From positions 1-47,042 of the forward strand of contig JANMPI010000510.1 in NCBI GenBank assembly GCA_031369785.1: a stretch of 47,042 bases of DNA, read 5' to 3'. The position numbers and the translations under genes were made by a program. This DNA is from Acidobacteriota bacterium (lineage in GTDB: Bacteria; Acidobacteriota; Vicinamibacteria; Fen-336). The notes beneath the pieces are model-generated. The model saw only the letters and a program-made list of their open reading frames with translations, was not told the DNA's origin and searched no databases. Shown here in pieces: positions 18,170-25,815 of this stretch. How positions within the stretch are numbered: position 1 is the stretch's first letter; each line of letters opens with the position of its first letter.

Positions 18170-18948
18170 CCGAGGCGGTGTGGATCGTGGTCTCCGCGCG
18201 GATGGCGTCGTCCCGGTCGCCGGGCAAGGCCATGGCCGACCTCGCCGGGCGCCCGCTGCTCGAGGTGCTGCTTTCGAGGATGAAAACCGCGCGCGGCGTG
18301 GCCGGCGTCGCGCTCGCCACCTCGCAGCGCGACGAGAACCACCCCCTGGCCAAGGTCGCGGGGCGGCTGGGCGTTCCCGTCTTCCGCGGGGACGAGAACG
18401 ACGTCCTCCGCCGGCATCTCGATTGCGCGCGCTGGCTGGGCGCGGATCACGTCGTCCGCGTCACCGGCGACAACCCGCTCACCGACGTGGAAACCGCGGA
18501 ATCCCTGGTGGCTCTCCATCTCGCCGAGGATGCCGACTACACGTACGTGCCCGGGGACGCGCTGCTCATGGGGATCCTGTCCGAGGTGATCGCCACCGAT
18601 GCGCTGGCGCGGGCGTGGGAGCGCGGCGAGGAGCGGCATCGCTCCGAGCTCATGACGCTCTACATCAAGGAGAACCCGGGCGAATTCCGCATCGCGCTGG
18701 GGACGCTGGCCAGGGACCTCTATCGTCCGGAGTACCGGTTGACGGTGGACGAGCCCGAGGACGTGGCCCTCATGCAGGCGCTCTTCGCGCGCCTTGCCCG
18801 GCCCCCGCACGTGGTGACGACGCGGGAGACGATCGCGCTCCTGGACGCCGACCCGTCGCTCGGCGCCATCAACGCCGCCGCCCGCCACAAGGCCGGCAAC
18901 CTCCATTCCGTCGCCCTCGACGCGGGCATCGCCGGCGCGCGCCGATGA
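18166..18948 (+). CDS. SpsF-like cytidylyltransferase-family protein (acylneuraminate cytidylyltransferase superfamily)
   Basis: VWIVVSARMASSRSPGKAMADLAGRPLL matches the SpsF-type N-terminus (QARmgStRLPGK). VVRVTGDNPL is also present. GTGA overlap upstream and ATGA overlap downstream. Confidence 0.75.
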   Translation: MTEAVWIVVSARMASSRSPGKAMADLAGRPLLEVLLSRMKTARGVAGVALATSQRDENHPLAKVAGRLGVPVFRGDENDVLRRHLDCARWLGADHVVRVTGDNPLTDVETAESLVALHLAEDADYTYVPGDALLMGILSEVIATDALARAWERGEERHRSELMTLYIKENPGEFRIALGTLARDLYRPEYRLTVDEPEDVALMQALFARLARPPHVVTTRETIALLDADPSLGAINAAARHKAGNLHSVALDAGIAGARR

Positions 18949-19997
18949 AGTCGACTTTCGAGATAGCGGGCCGCAAGGTCGGCATCGGCCAGCCCTGCTA
19001 CGTGATCGCGGAGGCGGGGGTCAACCACAACTGCGACGTGCAGCTCGGCTACAAGCTGATCGAGACCGCGGCCGCGTCGGACGCCGACGCGATCAAGTTC
19101 CAGAGCTACACCGCGGGCAAGATCTCGACCCGCGTGGCGCCCCGGTACTGGGTGGAGCCGAAGGACCCGAACGGCACGCAGTGGGACACCTTCGACAAGC
19201 TCGACAAGCTGTCCGACCGCGACTTCAAGTCGCTGCTCGGCCAGGCCCGGCACGTCGGGATCACCGCCTTCTCGACACCGTTCGACGACGACGCGGTGGA
19301 CTTCCTGGCCACCCTCGACGTGCCGGCGTTCAAGATCGCGTCCGCCGACCTCACCTGCCACGGGCTCATCGCCCGCGCGGCGCGCCTCGGCAAGCCGATG
19401 ATCCTGTCCACGGGAACGTCGTCGCTGTCGGAGGTCGAGGAGGCGCTCGACGTCTGCCGGCGCGAAGGGAACGAGCAGGTCGCGATCCTCCACTGCACGC
19501 TCAAGTACCCGTGCCCGCCGGAGGCCATCAACCTCCGGATGATGGAGCACCTGATGCGCGCCTTCCCCGAGGTCCCGGTCGGCCTCTCCGATCACTCGCT
19601 CGGGATCAGCGTGCCGCAGGCGGCGGTGGCGCTCGGCGCGTGCGTCGTCGAGAAGCACTACACGGTGGACAAGACCCTCCCGGGGTCGCCCGATCATCAT
19701 CTTTCCGTCGACCCGCCGGAGATGAAGGCAATGGTGTCCGGCATCCGCACGGTGGAGAAGGCGCTGGGCAAGGCGCAAAAGGCGCTGGAGCCCATGGAGC
19801 GCGACGCGTATCTCTTCGCGCGACGCAGCGTCACGTCCGCGGTGGCGATCGCGAAGGGCACCGCGATCACCGCCGCGATGCTCACCTACAAGCGGCCGGG
19901 CACCGGCATCAACGCCAAGCTGCTCGACGTCGTGGTCGGCCGCGTGGCGCGGGTGGACATCCCCGCTGACACCACCATGACCTGGGAAATGCTTTAG
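18945..19997 (+). CDS. NeuB-family nonulosonic acid synthase paralog 2 (NeuB/PseI/LegI-like), canonical motifs
   Basis: PCYVIAEAGVNHNCDVQLGYKLIETAA.SDADAIKFQSY, FKIASADLT, PMILSTGTSSLSEVEEA, VGLSDHSLG and a C-terminal SAF domain. The ATG at 18945 lies within listed ORF 18090-19997. Confidence 0.9.
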   Translation: MKSTFEIAGRKVGIGQPCYVIAEAGVNHNCDVQLGYKLIETAAASDADAIKFQSYTAGKISTRVAPRYWVEPKDPNGTQWDTFDKLDKLSDRDFKSLLGQARHVGITAFSTPFDDDAVDFLATLDVPAFKIASADLTCHGLIARAARLGKPMILSTGTSSLSEVEEALDVCRREGNEQVAILHCTLKYPCPPEAINLRMMEHLMRAFPEVPVGLSDHSLGISVPQAAVALGACVVEKHYTVDKTLPGSPDHHLSVDPPEMKAMVSGIRTVEKALGKAQKALEPMERDAYLFARRSVTSAVAIAKGTAITAAMLTYKRPGTGINAKLLDVVVGRVARVDIPADTTMTWEML

Positions 19998-20078
19998 CCA
20001 CAGCCGGCGCGCCCAGTCGAAGACTCACTGCGGCGGAGCGCGAGGGGCCTGGGGGGTGCCGGCGCGGCATCCGCCCAG

Positions 20079-20924
20079 CTAGTTGACGCTGGCCTTCCGG
20101 TTCAGGCTGAACCTCAGGGTGTCCGCGGCGGCGCGCAAGAGGCCGGCGACGTTCGCCCGCGGGTCGTGCGCGCGCCACACGTCCGGGATGGGGCCGCTGT
20201 TGGCGCGCACCACGTCGGCAAGCGCCGCCACTTCTCCGACGGCGGCCACGGTGGCTCCAGCCTGGTAGGTCGTCCGGGCATGGCTGAGCCGTGCCTGGAG
20301 GTCGGCGAGCGCCGGGCCTGGGATGGAGGGCGCGTGGGTGTCGAGAAGAGACTGGGCGGCATCGAACTTCGCGGAAATGACGGTATCGATGGGCCGTCGG
20401 TCGACCACGATCACGAACTCCGAGAAGCCGCCGCCCGTCCCGCCCGCGCGATAGCTCCCGATCCCCTCGTTGCGCATGATGTCGCGGAAGGGGCCGCCTC
20501 CCGATGCCGAATGGAGGGCCAGCGGAATGTTGGGCACGAGGTTCAGGTTGTGGGTGTGCAAGGAGACCGCGACCGTGCCCGCGAAGGAAAGTGCGCTCGA
20601 CGGCGAGGGCTCGATGCGGATCACCACGGGGAAAGCCGCCGGCGGCGCGATCAGCCCTCCGCCTCCGAGCCGGGACAGTAGAGTGCCGTCTAGGGGATTG
20701 ACCAGGCTGGCTGACACCTCGAGCGCGGCCGGGTTCAGCCCCACCACCTGCTCGAAGGTGATCGACAGCTCGGCCCCCACGCCTCCGGGGAGCTGGATCA
20801 CCCCGGTCGCCTCGCTCCCGGATACGGTGAGGGGAATACTGGCCTGGGCGAACACACCCGGCGCGGAGCCGAGCAGACAAGCGACGATCGCGAGGCGCTG
20901 AAAACTGGTCACTTTCGTGAACAA
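20079..20924 (-). CDS. Secreted hypothetical protein (signal peptide, no recognised domain)
   Basis: 281 aa. The N-terminus MFTKVTSFQRLAIVACLLGSAPGVFAQA has an AQA|S SPase-I-like site. It also contains an IVAC lipobox-like string. Codon bias is good. The start is TTG at 20924, without a clear SD. Confidence 0.6.
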   Translation of the reverse strand: MFTKVTSFQRLAIVACLLGSAPGVFAQASIPLTVSGSEATGVIQLPGGVGAELSITFEQVVGLNPAALEVSASLVNPLDGTLLSRLGGGGLIAPPAAFPVVIRIEPSPSSALSFAGTVAVSLHTHNLNLVPNIPLALHSASGGGPFRDIMRNEGIGSYRAGGTGGGFSEFVIVVDRRPIDTVISAKFDAAQSLLDTHAPSIPGPALADLQARLSHARTTYQAGATVAAVGEVAALADVVRANSGPIPDVWRAHDPRANVAGLLRAAADTLRFSLNRKASVN

Positions 20925-20991
20925 GAATTAACGCAGCGGCGACCCCTCGTCAAGCCCATTTGCGCGAAGAAGCAAAAATGAGGCCTTCACC

Positions 20992-21639
20992 TCAGGCGAG
21001 GAGCAAGCCTCGACGGGCCGCGAAGCGGATCAGCTCCGCCGTGCTATGGACGCCAAGCCTCGCCATCAGGTGCGTCCGGTGGTTGTCTACCGTCTTGGGG
21101 CTGATGAAAAGGATGCGCGCGACCTCCGCGTTGGTCCGCCCTTCGATCAGCAGCTGGAAGACCTCGCGCTCCCGTGCCGTCAGCCGCTCATAGGGGTCTT
21201 CCGCGGCGGCGCTTCCCTGCTCGTAGCCGGCAGCCAGGGCCTTGGCCGCCTGGGGCCCGAAGTATCCCTGCCCCGCGCTCACCGCGCGGATGGCGGCCAC
21301 CAGCTCCCCGGCGGCGCTGTCCTTGACCACGTATCCCGAAGCGCCGGCGCGCACGCTGCGGAGGACGTACTCCTCGTCGTCGTGCATGGTGAGGACCAGG
21401 ATGCGGGTGCGGGGCAGCGCCTTGTGGATGCGGCGAGCGGCCTCGAGGCCGCCGAGGCGCGGCATGCTGAGGTCGAGCACCGCCACGTCGGGCCGGGACT
21501 CGAGTGCCTTCTCGACCGCCTCGTGGCCGTCGGCAGCCTCCCCCACTACCTCAAATTCCGCGTGGCTGCGGAGAATACTGATGAGGCCCTGACGGATCAT
21601 GGTGTGATCGTCGGCCACGAGGATCCGGGTCCGCGCCAC
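20992..21639 (-). CDS. NarL/FixJ-family response regulator (REC + LuxR-type HTH)
   Basis: RILVADDH, DVAVLDLSMP (phospho-acceptor Asp context) and TMHDDEEY. The C-terminal HTH reads LTAREREVFQLLIEGRTNAEVARILFISPKTVDNHRTHLMARLG. Confidence 0.92.
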   Translation of the reverse strand: MARTRILVADDHTMIRQGLISILRSHAEFEVVGEAADGHEAVEKALESRPDVAVLDLSMPRLGGLEAARRIHKALPRTRILVLTMHDDEEYVLRSVRAGASGYVVKDSAAGELVAAIRAVSAGQGYFGPQAAKALAAGYEQGSAAAEDPYERLTAREREVFQLLIEGRTNAEVARILFISPKTVDNHRTHLMARLGVHSTAELIRFAARRGLLLA

Positions 21640-21641
21640 GG

Positions 21642-22409
21642 TCAGCGACCGTCTTCCAGCGGCAGCTCCACCTCGACCAGGGTTCCGGCCCCCGGGGCCG
21701 TCCGCAGCTCGAACCGCCCGCCGAAGAGGTCCACGCGGTCGCGCATCCCGCGCAGCCCGCCTCCGTGCTGGTCCTCCCGGGCCGCGAGCGCCGGCCCGGG
21801 GTCGAATCCCCGCCCCTGGTCCCGGACGCTCAGGAAAAGCCGGTCCCGCTCCCGGCGCACGCGGACCTCCGCCGACGCGGCGGCGGCGTGCTTGGCGGCA
21901 TTGGTGAGCGCCTCCTGGACTAGGCGGTAGACGATGGTCTCCAGGTCGGGCCCGACGCGCTCCTCCATGCCCTCGATGGAGAGCTGGACGCCCAGACCCG
22001 TTCCTTCCTGGAGCGTCCGCGCCAGCCAGCGCAGGGTCGGCACCAGGCCAAGCTCGTCGAGCATCTGCGGGCGCAGGAGGCGGGAGAGCTGGCGGACGTC
22101 CTGCAGGGAGCGGTCCGCGATCTGCGTAAGCTCGGCCAGACGGGCTCGCAGCACCCCGTGGTCCGTCGCCGATCGCTCCAGGATCTCGAGCTGCATCTTG
22201 AGCGCAGTCAGGGACTGGCCCACGCCGTCGTGCAGCTCACGGGAGATTCGCCCCCGCTCCACTTCCTGGATCCGCAGGATGCCGCGCGCGATGAGGCGGA
22301 AGCGCTTCTCGCCCTGAGTCAGGCGGTCGAGCAGCCGGGCGTTCTCGGCGGTGATGCGGGCCACATCGCGGGCAAAAGCCTGCTGGCCATCCACCGTCTC
22401 GTCGCTCAC
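21642..22409 (-). CDS. Soluble HisKA_3-type sensor histidine kinase without a recognisable input domain
   Basis: H-box RISRELHDGVGQSLTALKMQLE, N-box EALTNAAKHA, G1 DQGRGFD and G2 GGLRGMRDRV..GG. There is no TM segment. The GTG at 22409 overlaps the TGA of the upstream kinase gene (GTGA). The ATG at 22448 listed in the track would give a 43-nt overlap. Confidence 0.88.
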   Translation of the reverse strand: MSDETVDGQQAFARDVARITAENARLLDRLTQGEKRFRLIARGILRIQEVERGRISRELHDGVGQSLTALKMQLEILERSATDHGVLRARLAELTQIADRSLQDVRQLSRLLRPQMLDELGLVPTLRWLARTLQEGTGLGVQLSIEGMEERVGPDLETIVYRLVQEALTNAAKHAAAASAEVRVRRERDRLFLSVRDQGRGFDPGPALAAREDQHGGGLRGMRDRVDLFGGRFELRTAPGAGTLVEVELPLEDGR

Positions 22410-25400
22410 GGGCGGGCCGTGGTGCGCGCCGCTGATTCCCGCACCCACGGGATGGCGTCGAAGGAGGCGCGGACGTCCGTGGCCATGCCTTCGCGCAACC
22501 GTGCGATCCCGCGCGCCGTCTCCTCGTACTCCCGCGCCGCGGCGGAGGCATCCCCTCTTTTTGCGAGGACCACGCCCAGGAGGGCGTGGAGCCGGGAGAG
22601 TCCCGCCTCAAAACCGTGCCGGCTCGCGGCGGTGAGGGCACGGCGGGCCATCTCTTCGGCCTCGACGAGATGGCCGCGCGCGAGCTGGGCGCGGGTCATC
22701 GCTTCCGCGGCGCGGATACGCAGCATGACGTCTCCCAGTGCGTCGGCCTCCCGCTGCAGGGGACGCAATTGCAAGGTGGCCGCCGCCGCATCGCCGACCG
22801 CGACGAGAACGGCCGCCTGCGCGATGCGGGCACGGAGATACGCGGCCCGGCTGTTGCTCCCACGCGCCTGCTCGACCGCGCGCGCGAGGGCGCGCCGGGC
22901 ATCATCCCCCGCCCCCTGCCGAGCGTGCCATTCGCCGAGGACGACATGGTAATCGGCGGACTGCTCGCGATTGCCGGTCTCGCGCACCCAGGCCTCGGCG
23001 CGGGTGAGCCCCGCCCGTGCCTCGTCCAGCCGCCCGAGCTCCAGCAGCGCGGCCGACTGCTTGATGGTGAATTCGGCCAGCCCCCGCTTGTCTCCCAGGC
23101 CCTCGAGCACGGCGAGGGCCTCGCCGAAGGAGGCGAGCGCCGCCCCGTACCGCCCTTCATATTGCTGAAGCAGCCCCATGTTTCCCAGGGAGACAGCGGT
23201 CGCGTTCTTGTAGTCGATCTCGCGGCTGTCTTCCAGGGCTTTCGCAAAGGCCTTCAGCGCCTCGCCCCAGCGCCCCTGCACAATGTGGAGGAATCCCAGG
23301 TTCTGCGTAGACAGGACGATCCCGGCCTTCTCCCCGAGCTTCCGCCGGAGGTCGAGAGATTGCTTCCAATACACGAAGGCGTTGTCGTACTCGCCCTCCA
23401 CGAAGAATATGTAGCCGACGTTGTCGTAGCTCTGCGCCATCTGGCGCTCGTCTCCCATGTTGCGCCGGACCTTGAGCGCGTCCTGGTACGCCTTCAGCGC
23501 CTGCCCGAACTCGCCCCGGTTCTCGTGCACGAGGCCGAAGTCGTTCAGGACATCGGCGAGCCCGGCCCGGTCGCCGATTTTTTCCGCGATGCGGCGCGCC
23601 TCCTTCAGGTCAGGCTCCGCGGCGGCGAGGTTGCCCATCGAAATGTGCATCCGCGCCCGGTTCTTGAGGCTGGTCGCCACCCCGCGCTCGTCCCCGAGGC
23701 GCTGGCGGATGGCCGCGGCGGCGGAGTACTTCTCGATCGCCTGCGGGTAGTCCCCCAGTTGGTGGTACGCCACGCCCATCGCGTTCAGCACCTCGGCCTG
23801 CCCCTGCTCGTTGTGGAGCTGGCCGTGCAGGGCCAGCGCCCTCACGAGATGATCCTTCACCGCACGGCCGGCGTTTCCCATGAGGATGGTGTTCTTCCCC
23901 AGCAGGAACCACACGCGGGGGTCGCTGCGGTCGAGCTGCGACGCTTTTTCAAGGGTTGCCACGGCCCGGGCCACGTCGCCCTGACTCGCCTGCGCCGAAG
24001 CGAGATCGAGCAGCGCCTCGAGGTCGTTGGGGAAGCGGCGGGCCAGCTCGACGTAGCTCTTCTCCGCTTCCGCGGGCTCGCCGCGGAGGAGGGCCACGCG
24101 TGCCCGGATGCGATATCCAAGGCGTGCTTCGCTCGCTCCGGCGGCCCGGGCGGCGCGCTCCGCGACGGCAAGGGCCTTTTCTTCGTAGCCCAGGTTCTGG
24201 TAGGTCTCGGCCAGGCGCTCCAGGGCCACGGCGAATTCCGGGTCGGCGGCGACCGCCTTCTCCAGGGCAGGAGCGGCCGACACGTATTCCCCCCGGGCCA
24301 GGAGATCGCGGCCCTCCTGGTAGGCCCGGGCCGCGGCCAGCGAGGTCGTCTCCGGGAGCGCGGCCGCCGCCCGCGCCGCCTGCTCCGCGCCGAGATCGCG
24401 CCGCAGCCGATCGCCCAGGGCGTCCACCATGCGAAAGAGACCGTCATCCCCGGTGGACTCGTCGCCGAAATGACGCGTCTCCATCACCCCCGAGGGACTC
24501 ACCGCGACCAGCCGCAGGTCAATCCGCACGGTGGAGCCCGCCTTGCGCACGCTGCCGGCCACCAGGCGGTCGACCTCAAGCGTCTCCGCCAGTTGCCGCA
24601 GGGCGCGCTCGTCCTGCGTCCGGCCCAGCTTCAGATCACGCAGCGAATGGAAGACCCGCTGCGCGTCGAGCACACGAAGGGCGGGGCTCTCCGAGAGACC
24701 GGCAGCCAGCATCTCGGGGATGCCGGTCCCGGCCCAGTCGAGGTCGGGGTCCGCGGTCTCGACGTTCAGGGGGAGGACGGCAACCGAGTGCAGGGCCGCC
24801 ACCGGGGGCGCGGACGGCGACGGCAATCCGCCGGGCGGCGCAGGGCCCCGATTCCGCTGCGCGCCCCAGATTCCGGCCGCGGCGAGCACTGCGACGCACG
24901 CGGCCAGCCAGTACTGACGGCGGATCGCCGGCGTCCGCACGGCCCGCCGATCGAGGTCCGCGACCAGGTCGCGCGCGGACTGGTAACGACGGGAAGGGCT
25001 CCGTTCCAGGCACCGCGCAATCGCGGCGCGCACGTAGGCGGGGACCGCGATTCCCGTCTCGCGGATGTCGCGGGCGCGTCCGCCGATGCGCTGGGCGAGG
25101 ATCTCGGCCTGGGACTCGCCGGGAAAGGGCAGTTGCCCGGTGAGGATCTCGTAGAAAAGGATGCCGAGGGCGTAGACGTCGCTGCGGCCGTCGATCGCCT
25201 CCCCCGCCACCTGCTCCGGCGAGAGGTAATCGGGCGTTCCCACCACGGCCCCGGTGCGGGTGAGCCCCTCGCGGCCGAGGGAGCGGGCGACGCCGAAGTC
25301 CGTGACATAGGCGGTGTCATCCGCCTCGACCAGGACATTGGCGGGCTTGAGGTCGCGATGGACGACCCCGGCGTCGTGCGCCTGCTGCAGGGCTTCCGCG

Positions 25401-25810
25401 ACTTGGCGGACGATCCGTTCCGCGCGCGCAACGGGCAAGGAGCCCTCCGCGCGCAGGACCTCGAGCAACGAGCGCCCCTCCACGTAACGCATGGTCAGGA
25501 AGCGCAGGCCCTGGTCCTCGCCGATGTCGTGGATGCGCACGACGTTGCGATGCGTGACCTGCCGCGCCAGCACCAGCTCGCGCCGGAAACGCGCGATCCA
25601 GTCGGGATCGGCGCCCAGGTCCGGCCGCAGGACCTTGAGCGCGACATCCTCGTCCAGCTCGAGGTCGCGGGCCTTGTAGACGACACCCATGCCCCCGATG
25701 CCCGCGGTCGCGATCACACGGTAGCGGCCGGCGACGACGGCCCCGGGGGCCAGCTGGCGCGCCATGTCCACGCTGGTGTCGGTGTCCTTCAAGGGCGGGC
25801 GGGCGCCCAC
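22406..25810 (-). CDS. Hanks-type Ser/Thr protein kinase with one TM helix and a very long extracytoplasmic TPR region
   Basis: GIGGMGVVYKA, VALKV, HRDLKPANVL, DFGVAR and GTPDYLSPE. The TM helix is YWLAACVAVLAAAGIWGA at about residues 300-317. It is followed by a VAVLPLNVETADPDLDWAGTGIPEML-type module and about 700 aa of TPR-like repeats. The start is GTG 25810 or ATG 25765. Confidence 0.9.
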   Translation of the reverse strand: MGARPPLKDTDTSVDMARQLAPGAVVAGRYRVIATAGIGGMGVVYKARDLELDEDVALKVLRPDLGADPDWIARFRRELVLARQVTHRNVVRIHDIGEDQGLRFLTMRYVEGRSLLEVLRAEGSLPVARAERIVRQVAEALQQAHDAGVVHRDLKPANVLVEADDTAYVTDFGVARSLGREGLTRTGAVVGTPDYLSPEQVAGEAIDGRSDVYALGILFYEILTGQLPFPGESQAEILAQRIGGRARDIRETGIAVPAYVRAAIARCLERSPSRRYQSARDLVADLDRRAVRTPAIRRQYWLAACVAVLAAAGIWGAQRNRGPAPPGGLPSPSAPPVAALHSVAVLPLNVETADPDLDWAGTGIPEMLAAGLSESPALRVLDAQRVFHSLRDLKLGRTQDERALRQLAETLEVDRLVAGSVRKAGSTVRIDLRLVAVSPSGVMETRHFGDESTGDDGLFRMVDALGDRLRRDLGAEQAARAAAALPETTSLAAARAYQEGRDLLARGEYVSAAPALEKAVAADPEFAVALERLAETYQNLGYEEKALAVAERAARAAGASEARLGYRIRARVALLRGEPAEAEKSYVELARRFPNDLEALLDLASAQASQGDVARAVATLEKASQLDRSDPRVWFLLGKNTILMGNAGRAVKDHLVRALALHGQLHNEQGQAEVLNAMGVAYHQLGDYPQAIEKYSAAAAIRQRLGDERGVATSLKNRARMHISMGNLAAAEPDLKEARRIAEKIGDRAGLADVLNDFGLVHENRGEFGQALKAYQDALKVRRNMGDERQMAQSYDNVGYIFFVEGEYDNAFVYWKQSLDLRRKLGEKAGIVLSTQNLGFLHIVQGRWGEALKAFAKALEDSREIDYKNATAVSLGNMGLLQQYEGRYGAALASFGEALAVLEGLGDKRGLAEFTIKQSAALLELGRLDEARAGLTRAEAWVRETGNREQSADYHVVLGEWHARQGAGDDARRALARAVEQARGSNSRAAYLRARIAQAAVLVAVGDAAAATLQLRPLQREADALGDVMLRIRAAEAMTRAQLARGHLVEAEEMARRALTAASRHGFEAGLSRLHALLGVVLAKRGDASAAAREYEETARGIARLREGMATDVRASFDAIPWVRESAARTTARP

Positions 25811-25815
25811 GCGCG

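Noticed and set aside
19998-20078. Junction of the plus-strand glycan operon and the minus-strand block, examined for att-like repeats, integrase remnants or a convergent terminator
   Set aside because: I found only a short direct recurrence of GCCGGCGCG and a GGCGCGCC self-palindrome. There is no convincing hairpin, no repeat matching the other junction (34879-35008), and no mobility gene. The evidence for a mobile element is insufficient.
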